Shown: positions 21,977 to 32,588, counted from the stretch's first letter. The stretch is DNA of 64,000 nucleotides from an uncultured bacterium (GCA_963722655.1 CAVRNT010000002.1:71461-135460); one strand, 5' to 3'. Numbers and translations: made by a program. The notes: a model not told the origin generated them from the letters alone.

Positions 21977-21987
21977 AGTGTTTTTAA

Positions 21988-24507
21988 ATGTCATTCCTGA
22001 TCAAGTTATTCAAGGACAGTAACCTAAAACGCTACCAAAACCTGGTAGCGGTTATTAACGCCTTGGAACCGGAACTCCAGAAGCTTTCCGGCGAAGAGCT
22101 CAAGGCGCATTCCCTCGCGCTCAAAGAAGAGGTCAAAAATGGCAAGACCCTGGACGAAGCTATGCCCCTGGCCTTCGCCCTGGCCCGGGAATCCGGCAAG
22201 CGCACGCTCGGCCAGCGCCACTTCGACGTCCAGCTCATCGGCGGCATGGCCCTCCACGACGGCAAGATCGCCGAGATGCTCACGGGTGAAGGCAAGACCT
22301 TGGCCGCGACGGCGCCGGCCTACCTGAACGCGCTTGCGGGTGAAGGCGTCCACGTCGTCACGGTGAACGACTACCTCGCGAAGCGCGATACGACCTGGAT
22401 GGGCCAGATCTACGACGCCTTGGGACTCAAGGTGGCCTGCATCGTCCACGATTCTTCTTATATTTACGACCAAAGTTTCCAAGGAGAGGAGAAGGCTGAT
22501 AAGGAGCGCGACGCGCTCGGTTCCTTCCGGGTGGCCGAGAAATTCCTCCGACCCGTCACGCGCCGAGAAGCCTACGCGGCGGACATCACTTACGGCACGA
22601 ACCATGATTTCGGTTTTGATTACCTCCGCGACAACCTCGCCATCCGCTCCGCCGACCGCGCCCAGAGGAAACACAATTTCGCCATCATCGACGAGGTGGA
22701 CAGCATTCTAATCGACGAGGCCCGAACGCCGCTCATCATCGCCGCGCCCGACATGCAGGCGAGCGAGTTCTACAAGACCTTCGCCAAGGTCGTCGAGCGC
22801 TTGAACGATGACGAGGACTACGAAACGGACGAGAAGCTCAAGACCGTGAGCATTACGGACGCGGGGATAGAAAAGGTGGAGAAGATGACCGGCATAGAGA
22901 ACATCTACGCGCCGGAGAACCTCCGCCTCGTCCATTTCCTCCAGGAGAGCTTGAAGGCCAAGGCCCTTTTTAAGCGCGACCGCGACTACATCGTCCGCCA
23001 GGGCGAGGTCATCATCGTGGACGAGTTCACGGGGCGGATGCTCATGGGCCGGCGCTACTCCTGGGGCCTCCACCAGGCGATCGAGGCCAAGGAAGGCGTG
23101 CCGGTCCAGAACGAGAACCGCACCTTCGCCCAGGTCACCATCCAGAACTACTTCCGTCTTTACGGGAAGATCGCCGGAATGACCGGCACCGCCGAAACCT
23201 CGGCCGAGGAGTTCCAGAAGGTCTACAAATTGGACGTCGTCTCCATCCCGCCGAACCGGCCGATGGTACGCCAAGACCTACCGGACCTCATTTACAAGAA
23301 CAAGGACGCCAAATATCGGGCCGTCGCGGAGGACGTAAAGAAGCAACGGGCGGCCGGGCGACCGATCCTCGTCGGCACGACATCCATCACGAACAACGAG
23401 GTCATTTCCTCGTACCTCACCAAGGCCAACATCCCGCACGAGGTCTTGAACGCCAAAAACCACGAACGAGAAGGGGAGATCATCGCCCAGGCCGGGCGGG
23501 CGGGGGCCGTGACGGTCGCGACCAACATGGCCGGCCGCGGCGTAGACATCATCTTGGGCGGCAATCCGCCGGACAAGGCAGAGGCAGAGAAGATCAAGGC
23601 GGCGGGGGGGCTCCACGTCGTCGGCACCGAACGCCATGAGGCGCGCCGCATCGACAACCAGCTCCGCGGGCGGAGCGGCCGGCAAGGCGACCCCGGCTCC
23701 ACCCAGTTCTACCTTTCACTCGAGGACGACCTAATGCGCATCTTCGGCGGCGACCGCATCAAGGGGATGATGCAGACGCTGAACTTCCCGGAGGACACGC
23801 CCATTAGGTCCAAGATCGTCACCAAATCCGTGAACCAGGCCCAAACGAAGGTGGAGGGGGCGAACTTCGACATCCGCCATCACCTCCTGGACTTCGACGA
23901 CGTCTTGAACAAACAGCGCAGCGCGATCTACGCCCGCCGCAGCAAGTTCATCGAGGCCGGTGAGAAGAACGAGATCCTGCCGCTCCTTTCGGAGACCGTC
24001 CGCCACTTCGCGGAAGGGTACGAGCAGGCGCTCCGCGCCCAGATGGATATCGAACCAGACAAGGTCGGCGATATCGAAAAGCAGATAGCGGAGGCTGAAG
24101 AGCGCCTGAAGAAGTTGCCGGAAACGCTCGAGCCGCAAAAAGCCGCGCTCTTGGGCCAACATATGACGCAGATCTTGGATACGCTTTGGGTGGACCATCT
24201 GGAGAACCTGGAATCCCTCCGCGAATCGGTGAACATCCGCGCCTACGGCCAGCATGAGCCGCTCGTCGAGTACCGCCGCGACGCCCACGGCCTGTATCAG
24301 CGCCTCCAAAACGCCTTCGAATCGCTCCTCTGGGACACATTCGTCCAGGTCCTGAATGTCGATCTGAATCAAGTGCGTCCTGCACAAAACACGATTAGCA
24401 TCGGCCCGCAGGGTCAAGCGCCCTCCGGACCGAAAAAGGACATCGGCCGCAACGACCCTTGTTGGTGCGGTTCCGGGAAGAAATTTAAGAAATGCCACGG
24501 AGCTTAG
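21988..24507 (+). CDS. secA: Preprotein translocase subunit SecA
   Basis: EMLTGEGKTL, IIDEVDSILIDEARTPLII, ATNMAGRGVDI, QLRGRSGRQGDPG and the SEC-C motif GRNDPCWCGSGKKFKKCHG. Confidence 0.99.
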   Translation: MSFLIKLFKDSNLKRYQNLVAVINALEPELQKLSGEELKAHSLALKEEVKNGKTLDEAMPLAFALARESGKRTLGQRHFDVQLIGGMALHDGKIAEMLTGEGKTLAATAPAYLNALAGEGVHVVTVNDYLAKRDTTWMGQIYDALGLKVACIVHDSSYIYDQSFQGEEKADKERDALGSFRVAEKFLRPVTRREAYAADITYGTNHDFGFDYLRDNLAIRSADRAQRKHNFAIIDEVDSILIDEARTPLIIAAPDMQASEFYKTFAKVVERLNDDEDYETDEKLKTVSITDAGIEKVEKMTGIENIYAPENLRLVHFLQESLKAKALFKRDRDYIVRQGEVIIVDEFTGRMLMGRRYSWGLHQAIEAKEGVPVQNENRTFAQVTIQNYFRLYGKIAGMTGTAETSAEEFQKVYKLDVVSIPPNRPMVRQDLPDLIYKNKDAKYRAVAEDVKKQRAAGRPILVGTTSITNNEVISSYLTKANIPHEVLNAKNHEREGEIIAQAGRAGAVTVATNMAGRGVDIILGGNPPDKAEAEKIKAAGGLHVVGTERHEARRIDNQLRGRSGRQGDPGSTQFYLSLEDDLMRIFGGDRIKGMMQTLNFPEDTPIRSKIVTKSVNQAQTKVEGANFDIRHHLLDFDDVLNKQRSAIYARRSKFIEAGEKNEILPLLSETVRHFAEGYEQALRAQMDIEPDKVGDIEKQIAEAEERLKKLPETLEPQKAALLGQHMTQILDTLWVDHLENLESLRESVNIRAYGQHEPLVEYRRDAHGLYQRLQNAFESLLWDTFVQVLNVDLNQVRPAQNTISIGPQGQAPSGPKKDIGRNDPCWCGSGKKFKKCHGA

Positions 24508-24812
24508 TCACTCATAGATTGCGTTTCCGAGCTGTTAACAAAGATATTTGGGGCGCTATCAAAAGCGGCCGGAAGAAAGTGGAGACCCGCGCCGCAACCG
24601 TGAGATATGAGAACATCAAGGTAGGGGATACGATAGAATTTATCTGCGGCAAACAGAAGTTCCGGAAGGTCGCGAGGAAAGTAAAAATACATAAAAACAT
24701 CGAGGCCTTGGTTAAGGCCTACGGCTTCAAAGCAATAAACCCGAACGTAAATTCGACCAAAGAACTGCGCGAACTTTATTACACTTTCCCCGACTATCAC
24801 GATAAAGATTAA
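24492..24812 (+). CDS. ASCH-domain protein; a probable +1 frameshift near 24805 means the natural end may be 24846
   Basis: AIKSGRKKVETR...IKVGDTIEF. The typical C-terminus IKKSGLIAIEL continues in another frame. Confidence 0.7.
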   Translation: MPRSLVTHRLRFRAVNKDIWGAIKSGRKKVETRAATVRYENIKVGDTIEFICGKQKFRKVARKVKIHKNIEALVKAYGFKAINPNVNSTKELRELYYTFPDYHDKD

Positions 24813-24842
24813 AAAGTCCGGCCTTATTGCCATCGAATTAAG

Positions 24843-25817
24843 ATGAAAAGAGCTTTCATTATTGTCGGGGTGGTCATCTTAGTTATTGTGGCTGGATATT
24901 ATTTCCTCCTCACGGCGCCGCAGGGGAACGCCCAAGCGGAGAGGTTCGTTGTGGCCCAAGGCGAGACGCGGGCGCAGACGGTCCAGGCGCTTTCAAGCGG
25001 TGGATACATCAGAAGCTCTTTCGGTTTCACGCTGGCCTCGATTTTGACGGGCAAATCAGGTGGCATCGCGCCCGGCGGATACAAGCTCTCCAAGTCGATG
25101 AACGTCTTCGAGGTCATTTCCGTCCTGAACGCGCCACCCTATATGAAATGGGTGACGGTCAAAGAGGGGGTGCGGAAGGAGCAGATCGCTGATCTGCTCC
25201 AGACGACCCTCGGCTGGAGCGACGCGACGAAGAGCGAGTTCCTGAACGCCTACCAGACGCTCGGCGGCAGCGATTACAAGGAGGGAGTCTATTTCCCAAA
25301 TACCTACCTTCTACCCGTTGACGAAACCGGAACGCAAATCGCCCAAAGGTTCGTCGCGCAGTTCGACGAAGCCTTCGCGCCTTATGCCAAAGAGGCAACC
25401 GCCCAGAATATAAAATGGACGACGGCCCTTAAGATCGCCTCGCTCATAGAGCGCGAAGCGGCCGGGCCGAGCGATATGGCGCTCATCTCCGGCATCATCT
25501 GGAACCGACTTGAGCAGGGAATGAAGCTCCAGATAGACGCGACGATCCAATATACCCGCGGTGACACGGGGAGTGGCTACTGGGCGCCGCTTTCGGCCAC
25601 CGATCTTAAGTTAAACTCACCCTATAACACCTATCTCCATGCTGGCCTCCCGCCGACGCCCATCTGCGATCCGGGATTGAACGCCATCGTCGCGGCCCTC
25701 AATCCGGCGAAGACCGACTGCCTTTATTACATCCACGACTCGACCGGCCTCATTCACTGCTCTGCCACGTATGCCGGACAGGAGGTAAATATCAATAAAT
25801 ATTTGAAAAATCAATGA
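24843..25817 (+). CDS. mltG: Endolytic transglycosylase MltG (YceG-like)
   Basis: EGVYFPNTY, IASLIEREA, NRLEQGMKLQIDAT and SPYNTYLHAGLPPTPI. Confidence 0.95.
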   Translation: MKRAFIIVGVVILVIVAGYYFLLTAPQGNAQAERFVVAQGETRAQTVQALSSGGYIRSSFGFTLASILTGKSGGIAPGGYKLSKSMNVFEVISVLNAPPYMKWVTVKEGVRKEQIADLLQTTLGWSDATKSEFLNAYQTLGGSDYKEGVYFPNTYLLPVDETGTQIAQRFVAQFDEAFAPYAKEATAQNIKWTTALKIASLIEREAAGPSDMALISGIIWNRLEQGMKLQIDATIQYTRGDTGSGYWAPLSATDLKLNSPYNTYLHAGLPPTPICDPGLNAIVAALNPAKTDCLYYIHDSTGLIHCSATYAGQEVNINKYLKNQ

Positions 25818-25919
25818 AACAGCATTCAAAAGTGGGGAATCGCCCAGGCAGGCCTACTTATCGGACTCCGGCGAGCTTCCGCATCAAGCAATACGCTAGA
25901 ATGAGAAAGATAAAAAGAA

Positions 25920-26579
25920 ATGGAAGGTAAACTCTATATCGTCGCGACGCCGATCGGGAATTTGAAGGATATCACCGAACGGGCGGTGGAGACGCTCAAA
26001 AACGCGGACCTGGTCCTCGCCGAAGACACCCGCGTCACGGGGAAGCTTTTGCTCCATTTCGGCATCAAAAAGTCCATCTGGCGCTTCGATGAGTACGCGA
26101 AAGAGAGTTCGTATGAAAAGATAAAAGAGCTACTAAAAGAGGGGAAGAATGTCGCTTTCGTCTCCGACGCCGGCACGCCGAACATCGCCGACCCAGGCGC
26201 AAAGCTCGTCGGTGCCATCAATGACGCCCTGCCGGACGTCCGCGTCATCCCCATACCGGGACCATCGGCAATTGCGACGGCCCTTTCCGCATCGGGGTTG
26301 AATGCCGATAAGTTCACTTTCCTCGGCTATCCGCCCCACAAGAAGGGGAGGCAAACGTTCTTCAAAGAGCTCGCGGAGATCAAGATCCGACCGGTCATTT
26401 TCTACGAATCTCCCCACCGCCTTGCGAAAACGCTGGAAGCTCTCGGCGAAGGCGGGGTCATCGTCGCCAAAGAGCTTACGAAAATCCACGAAGAGATCTG
26501 GCGCGGGCCGGCGAGCACGGCATTCAAATACTTTTCAAAAGAGAAAGGGAAGGGGGAATTCGTGATAATCATTCCGTAA
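25920..26579 (+). CDS. rsmI: 16S rRNA (cytidine1402-2'-O)-methyltransferase
   Basis: LYIVATPIGNLKDITERA, AEDTR, VSDAGTP, YESPHRL and KELTKIHEE. Confidence 0.97.
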   Translation: MEGKLYIVATPIGNLKDITERAVETLKNADLVLAEDTRVTGKLLLHFGIKKSIWRFDEYAKESSYEKIKELLKEGKNVAFVSDAGTPNIADPGAKLVGAINDALPDVRVIPIPGPSAIATALSASGLNADKFTFLGYPPHKKGRQTFFKELAEIKIRPVIFYESPHRLAKTLEALGEGGVIVAKELTKIHEEIWRGPASTAFKYFSKEKGKGEFVIIIP

Positions 26580-27181
26580 TGAGCGGCTATCCCGGAAAAA
26601 GAGCTTTTGATATTTTGGGAGGTTTCATCGCCTCCGTTTTTACGGTCATCCTCACCCCATTCGTCGGACTCGCCATCATCATTGAGAGCGGCTGGCCGGT
26701 ATTCGTGCGCCTCGAAAGGATAAGCGGCGGCAAGACCATCCGCGTCTGGAAGCTCCGAACCATGGTCAAAGGCGCGCACGAGATGAAACCGCAACTCGCC
26801 GATCTGAACGAACGCCGGGACGGACCGCTTTTCAAGATCAAGAACGATCCGCGCCTCACGCGCGTCGGCAAATTCCTGCGCAAACTGCGCCTGGACGAAT
26901 TCCCGCAGTCGTTCAACGTGCTTGCGGGCGATCTCTCGCTCGTCGGCCCGCGGCCGCATGAGCCGGGAGAGATAGAGAAGTATCCGCCGGAGTTCAAAAG
27001 AATCGCCGAGGCCAAATCCGGCCTTACCGGGCTATCGCAAGTAATGGGCGCCTCACTCCTGCCCTTTCGGAAGGAACTGGAGTACGACCTCCAATACATC
27101 GAGCACCAGTCGTTTGCACTGGATGTAAAAATACTCTGCAAAACGTTCTTTATTTTCCTATTCGATCCAACGGGCGTATAA
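26579..27181 (+). CDS. Bacterial sugar transferase (priming phosphoglycosyl transferase)
   Basis: KRAFDI, KLRTM, DPRLTRVGKFLRK..LDEFPQ and SLVGPRP. Confidence 0.93.
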   Translation: MSGYPGKRAFDILGGFIASVFTVILTPFVGLAIIIESGWPVFVRLERISGGKTIRVWKLRTMVKGAHEMKPQLADLNERRDGPLFKIKNDPRLTRVGKFLRKLRLDEFPQSFNVLAGDLSLVGPRPHEPGEIEKYPPEFKRIAEAKSGLTGLSQVMGASLLPFRKELEYDLQYIEHQSFALDVKILCKTFFIFLFDPTGV

Positions 27182-27224
27182 AAAATCCCGGAAAATCAAT
27201 TCCGGGATCGGAGGCTAGTCACGA

Positions 27225-28133
27225 TCATTTCATGCCAAGCCGCTTATAGATCTTATTCGCTTCGTGGATGTACGGGTCAACGTCTAAAATATAGCCCATC
27301 TTTCTTTCTACATCCGCTAGTTGCATAAGCGCATCGGCAGTATGGCGAGGCCATTTAGCCTCTCTGGCTGCCTTCAAACCAAATTGCGCCTTGTCCAAAG
27401 CCTTTTGCAAACTGAACCGCTGGCCAGATTCCGAATCGGCGTATAATTGGCTCAACCGAATGTAGGAAGATGGGACAGCATACTTATAGGCCTTGCGTGC
27501 CATTTCGTTGGCGTTCTCCAATCTGCGCTCGGCTTCCGGCCAATTGTGCTGCCTCAAGGCAACGTTCCCTAGGTCGCCCCAAAGCGTCGTTAGGCGCTCA
27601 TAATAGTTGGCCTGGGTAGCCCAGTTCATCGAGATCCAAAAGTACTTTTCCGCTTCAGAAAGATTACCGGTGTCATAGTAATAATTCCCCAATGCAGCGT
27701 AAGTATTAGCCGCGACACGCCACGCTGCTTTCCTGTGATCGTTCCACGCGCTCTTTTCCATGATGGCGGATTTCGGGCTTAGCGATTGCAATTCCTTCTC
27801 TAAAACATCGACCGCTTCGTCGATATCCTTAAAGGCGCCACTAAAATCTTTCAAAGCGTTGAGCTTGAAGAATCCTTGTTTACGCAGGAAATCCACGTAC
27901 GTCAACTTGAATCCTTCGTCCCACTGGCTTATATGAGCCGCTATCTCCACCGCTTGCGCGAAAGCTCTTTCCGCACGTCGGATATTACCGCTATCCTGGT
28001 ATAGATTGGCCAAGGCAAAATTCAACTTGGCGATCAATCTTGGTGGTAGCACAAAGAGATGCACGAGGAAACGTAGTAGCGTTATCGATGCCCATCGGCC
28101 AAAGGGGTGATTCCTGATATTCCGGAGTTTCAT
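27225..28133 (-). CDS. Tetratricopeptide-repeat protein
   Basis: Helical TPR motifs (LANLYQDSG, AALGNYYYDTG, DLGNVAL). The start at 28133 follows an AGGAGG site. Confidence 0.8.
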   Translation of the reverse strand: MKLRNIRNHPFGRWASITLLRFLVHLFVLPPRLIAKLNFALANLYQDSGNIRRAERAFAQAVEIAAHISQWDEGFKLTYVDFLRKQGFFKLNALKDFSGAFKDIDEAVDVLEKELQSLSPKSAIMEKSAWNDHRKAAWRVAANTYAALGNYYYDTGNLSEAEKYFWISMNWATQANYYERLTTLWGDLGNVALRQHNWPEAERRLENANEMARKAYKYAVPSSYIRLSQLYADSESGQRFSLQKALDKAQFGLKAAREAKWPRHTADALMQLADVERKMGYILDVDPYIHEANKIYKRLGMK

Positions 28134-28261
28134 CCAATCCTCCTCTTTCTTTATTTTTTCATGACAAACTTCCAAATAGACCTTCTCACAAATCCAGCAA
28201 ATTGTAAAGTGAGACGGCCAAAATCTAGCGCAGGCGCGAAAATCGGAGTAAAATATGGCCA

Positions 28262-29356
28262 ATGCGCGTTGCGATACTCCACGATTACTTGAACCAGTTC
28301 GGCGGGGCCGAACGGGTGCTCCAAGTTCTACTTGAAATATTTCCGGACGCCGATCTTTATACTCTCGTCTATGACAAGGAAAAGACGCGCGGCCTCTTCG
28401 AAGGTAAGGTGAAGGGCACGAGCTTCTTGGACTGGCCCCTCGTACGCCGCTACCACCGGCTCTTCATCCCCTTTATGCCGCTCGCCGCGGCCTCTTTCAA
28501 ACAAAAAGGGGATTATGACCTCGTTGTTTCCTCAACGGCCGGCTATGCCAAGGGGTTCAACATCAAAGCGCCCTATCACGTGAGCTACTGCCACAGCCCG
28601 CTCCGCTACGCTTGGGAGATCGATTATATGAAAGATCTGCCTTTTGCCCCTTCCGGCTTCAAGACCGCGGTCGCCAAGCCCATCGCCAAGCTCCTCAAGC
28701 GCTGGGACCGCAAGGCCTCCGCTAAGGTGAATTTCTTCATCGCCAATTCGGCTCACATCGCCGAGAAGGTCCGCTCTTACTACGGCCGCGAGGCCGCCAT
28801 CGTCCATCCGCCGATCGCGGACGACATCTTCTATCCCGAGCCAGAAGGCAAGCGCGATTATTACCTGATGGCCGGCCGGCTCTTATATTACAAATGCTTC
28901 GACCTCGGCATCCTCGCCTTCAACCAGCTTAAAAAGCCGCTCAAGATCGTGGGGCGGGGACCTGAGCTCGCGAAGCTCAAAAAGATCGCCCGGTCGCCTT
29001 ACATCGAGTTCATTGAGGACGCAGATGATGCCGCTCTCCGGCTTATGTACTCCAACGCCAAGGCTCTCATCTTCCCCCAGGTGGAGGACTTCGGCTTGGT
29101 CGCCGCCGAGGCCCAGGCCTGCGGCACCCCCGTCATCGCCTTCGACCAAGGCGGCGCCCGGGAGATCGTGGTGCATAAAAAGACCGGCCTGCTTTTCCCG
29201 AACCAAACGCCCGAGGATATCATCGAGGCGGTCCAGGCCTTCGAGGGAATGAACTTCGATCGGCGCGCCATCGCGAAGAGCGCCCTCCGTTTTTCCAAGG
29301 ATAATTTCAAGCGGAATATCGCCGATATTTTCGCGGAGTTCGGCTTCAGGACATGA
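28262..29356 (+). CDS. Glycosyltransferase family 4
   Basis: HDYLNQFGGAERVL, YCHSPLRY and EDFGLVAAEAQACGTPVIA. Confidence 0.95.
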   Translation: MRVAILHDYLNQFGGAERVLQVLLEIFPDADLYTLVYDKEKTRGLFEGKVKGTSFLDWPLVRRYHRLFIPFMPLAAASFKQKGDYDLVVSSTAGYAKGFNIKAPYHVSYCHSPLRYAWEIDYMKDLPFAPSGFKTAVAKPIAKLLKRWDRKASAKVNFFIANSAHIAEKVRSYYGREAAIVHPPIADDIFYPEPEGKRDYYLMAGRLLYYKCFDLGILAFNQLKKPLKIVGRGPELAKLKKIARSPYIEFIEDADDAALRLMYSNAKALIFPQVEDFGLVAAEAQACGTPVIAFDQGGAREIVVHKKTGLLFPNQTPEDIIEAVQAFEGMNFDRRAIAKSALRFSKDNFKRNIADIFAEFGFRT

Positions 29357-30468
29357 GGATATTTATCGATATCCGTTCCTTAGACACGCCCATCCATTCC
29401 GGCATACCGGAATACGCCTTCGCCCTCACCCGGGAGCTCCTCGCGGAGAAGGAAAACGACGAGTACGTCCTTTTCGCCAACAGCTTCCGTAAGCGGCTGG
29501 AGGACCTGCCGCTCAAAGCCAAAAGCGATGCCTGGATAAATTGGAAGGTCCCGAACCGGATTTTGGATGCCACGAGCTTCTTCCCGCGTCTTCCGAAGAT
29601 CGATCGACTGGTCAAGGCCGATGTCTACTTTAGCCCCCACTTCAACGTCCTGGCCTTCCGCGAACCGCGGCGGCATGTTCTCACCATCCACGACCTTTCC
29701 TTCGCCCATTTCCCCGAATTTTTCCCATGGCGGAAAAATGTCTGGCACTCGGAACAGGGCTGGAAGCGGCAGATCCAGGAGGCAGGGAGGGTAATCGCCG
29801 TCTCGGACTTCACCCGCGACGACATCTTGGATTCTTTCTGCTTACCGGCGGAAAAAGTGGTCCGCGTCTATCCGGGTCTGAACGAAAGATATCGGTCGCT
29901 CCCCAATGGCTCGCCGGATCGCGAGGCGCCCTTTTTCCTTTACGTGGGGACATTGGAGCCGCGCAAGAACGTGATCGGCCTCATCCGGGCCTTCAATCTC
30001 TTCAAGGCGAAACCGGCGAACAAGGATTTTAGATTGGTCATCGCGGGCGCGCCCGGCTGGCTCTATGATAAAATCTTCAAAGAGGCCGCATCTTCGCCGT
30101 ACGCGAAGGACATCGATATCCGAGGGCCAGCGGCGGAAGATGAGGTCTTGCGTCTCTATAACGGCGCCGCCGTCTTCGTCTACCCGTCCTTCTTCGAGGG
30201 CTTCGGTTTCCCGCCTCTCGAGGCACAAAAATGCGGCTTGCCGGTCATCGCCTCTAACCGCTCGTCTTTGCCGGAAATCTTAGGCTCGAGCGCCCTCCTC
30301 GTGGATCCCTACCGCTTGGAGGAGATCACGGCGGCGATGGAAGCGGTTGCGATCGACAATAGCTTGAGAAAAGAGCTCATCCAAAGGGGTTTTCAAAATT
30401 CGGCCCGTTTCAGTTGGCAAAAGGCCGCCGCGGAGACGAGACGAATATTCAAAGATATTAATATTTGA
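29353..30468 (+). CDS. Glycosyltransferase family 4
   Basis: TIHDL, YVGTLEPRKN and YPSFFEGFGFPPLEA. Confidence 0.95.
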   Translation: MRIFIDIRSLDTPIHSGIPEYAFALTRELLAEKENDEYVLFANSFRKRLEDLPLKAKSDAWINWKVPNRILDATSFFPRLPKIDRLVKADVYFSPHFNVLAFREPRRHVLTIHDLSFAHFPEFFPWRKNVWHSEQGWKRQIQEAGRVIAVSDFTRDDILDSFCLPAEKVVRVYPGLNERYRSLPNGSPDREAPFFLYVGTLEPRKNVIGLIRAFNLFKAKPANKDFRLVIAGAPGWLYDKIFKEAASSPYAKDIDIRGPAAEDEVLRLYNGAAVFVYPSFFEGFGFPPLEAQKCGLPVIASNRSSLPEILGSSALLVDPYRLEEITAAMEAVAIDNSLRKELIQRGFQNSARFSWQKAAAETRRIFKDINI

Positions 30469-32585
30469 AAATGGCCAAGAAAAAAGTCCCTAAAAAGAAC
30501 ATCGAGCCGGTCATTGTGGACGTCAAAAAGCCGACGTTCAATTACGAGCGCTTGGCGAAGTCCGACACCCTGAACTTAACGAGGATCACCCAGCAAAAGA
30601 TCTCGGGCTGGAAGAAGACCCGGCGGGTCCTTTTCGCCTGCCTCGTCGGCTTCATCGTCTTTTTGACCGCCGCGACCATCATCGTCGCGGCGAACCTCCA
30701 GCACGTGAAATCGTCCGTGACCGCGAGCGGCCAGACGCTTGTCCAGAACTTCGTCGCCTCGGCCGACGCCATCAAGAAGTTCGACCCCCAGTCCGCCTCG
30801 AACTATCTGACCGAGAATAACGCCGCCCTTTCGAGCATCAATGCGACGGTGAACCAGGGGTTCACCGGCACGCTCCTCCAGACGCTCGGCAACTTCGTGC
30901 CGCTCTTCAAGAGCGCCGTCGGCTTCCTGGGTCAGGCGATGACCTTGAACTCCGATTTCCTCTCGCTCGCCCAGAACATCTCCGATCTCCAGACCCAGGC
31001 CCTGCCCGACCTGATGCACGACGGCCCATCGCTCATCAAGCTCCTTTACGACACCCACGCGCTCATAGAGAAGATCGCCGCGGAGACCCAAAGCGCCAAG
31101 AACACGACGAGCCAGCTCAAGGACCTCTCGCCCTATTTTGAGAATTTGGACGCCGGCATCGGCAACGATTACCTTAAATACAGCAGCGACCTTTACGCTT
31201 GGGACAACGTCCTCGTGACCCTTACGAACTGGCTCGCTTCCCAGAACGACCGGCATCTTTTGGTCTTCTTCCAAAATCCCGCCGAGATCCGGCCGGGCGG
31301 CGGCTTCATCGGCAGCTACGCCAACATCACGATCCGGAACGGGCAGATGACGAACATAGACGTGCGCGACATCTACGACCCGGACGGCCAGCTCAAGGAG
31401 AAGGTGGAACCGCCGGAAGAGCTCCAGGGGATCACGACGGATTGGGGGGCGCGCGACGCGAACTGGTTCTTCGACGGCCCGACCTCGGCCAAGACCGTCG
31501 TTGACTTCATGGAAGCGTCAAAGATGTACTCGGACGCGAGCACCACTTTCGACGGCGCGATTGCCATCAACATCCATGTCATCGAGGCAATGCTCCAGGC
31601 GACCGGGCCCATCTACCTGCCGGACTACAAGACGACGATCGATGCCTCGAACATCTTGGACGTCGTCCAGCAGCAGACCGAACAGAGCGCCGACAAGAAC
31701 GCCAGCCAGCCCAAGCGCATCCTCCAGGTCCTCGCGCCCTTGCTCCTCCAGAAGATCCAAACGCTCTCGCCCGACGCCGAGCAGGGGCTGATGAGCGCCT
31801 TCAAGGACTTCATCAACACCAAGGACATCACTTTGTACTTCAAGGACCAGAATTTGGCCTCGTTCCTCCAGACGAACGACCTGGACGGCTCGGTCTATGA
31901 CCTGCCGACCGGCTTCTGGGGGAGCTACCTTGCGGTCGTGAACGCGAACGTGGCGGGCGGGAAGAGCGATGCCTACGTCTCGGAAGACATCGCGGCGACC
32001 ATCGATACCGACACGAGCGGCAACATCTTCACCGATACGACCATCACCCGGACGCACACCGGGAACACTCAAACCGAATCCTGGTGGCGGGCGACGAACA
32101 AGGATTTCATCCAGGTCTTCACCGAACCGAACTCCACGCTCGCGACGACGATCGGCGAAAATCAGCGGCCTTCCATTCCGGTCTTCAACTATAAATCCGC
32201 CGGCTATTCGGTGAATCCTGACCTCGCGGCGATCGAGGGCAACGAGACCTTCCTGGGGAACGACCAGACGATGGAGCGGCAGGAGTTCGGCAAGAATGTC
32301 TTCGGCGCCTGGCTCATCCTCCCGGCCGGTCAGACGAAGACGCTTGAAATGCGCTACCAGACGCCGTATAACGATCCAACGCTGGTTTCGGCCGGGCAGA
32401 CCTTCACCTTCATCTTCGAAAGGCAATCCGGCGTTCAGAACTCCCTGAACGTCACGATCAACGCCCCGTTCCACTACGTCTGGGCCGAGAGCGGAACGGC
32501 CTCGTACAACTACCAGTCGGATGACCCGCCGGGAAGGGTGGTCGTGACGCTCACGCTCAAGAACCAGCCTCCGGCCACGGATTAA
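30465..32585 (+). CDS. DUF4012-domain membrane-anchored protein
   Basis: Single TM helix; FQNPAEIRPGGGFIGSY, RDANWFFD and VVNANVAGGKSD. Confidence 0.85.
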   Translation: MKMAKKKVPKKNIEPVIVDVKKPTFNYERLAKSDTLNLTRITQQKISGWKKTRRVLFACLVGFIVFLTAATIIVAANLQHVKSSVTASGQTLVQNFVASADAIKKFDPQSASNYLTENNAALSSINATVNQGFTGTLLQTLGNFVPLFKSAVGFLGQAMTLNSDFLSLAQNISDLQTQALPDLMHDGPSLIKLLYDTHALIEKIAAETQSAKNTTSQLKDLSPYFENLDAGIGNDYLKYSSDLYAWDNVLVTLTNWLASQNDRHLLVFFQNPAEIRPGGGFIGSYANITIRNGQMTNIDVRDIYDPDGQLKEKVEPPEELQGITTDWGARDANWFFDGPTSAKTVVDFMEASKMYSDASTTFDGAIAINIHVIEAMLQATGPIYLPDYKTTIDASNILDVVQQQTEQSADKNASQPKRILQVLAPLLLQKIQTLSPDAEQGLMSAFKDFINTKDITLYFKDQNLASFLQTNDLDGSVYDLPTGFWGSYLAVVNANVAGGKSDAYVSEDIAATIDTDTSGNIFTDTTITRTHTGNTQTESWWRATNKDFIQVFTEPNSTLATTIGENQRPSIPVFNYKSAGYSVNPDLAAIEGNETFLGNDQTMERQEFGKNVFGAWLILPAGQTKTLEMRYQTPYNDPTLVSAGQTFTFIFERQSGVQNSLNVTINAPFHYVWAESGTASYNYQSDDPPGRVVVTLTLKNQPPATD

Positions 32586-32588
32586 TGC

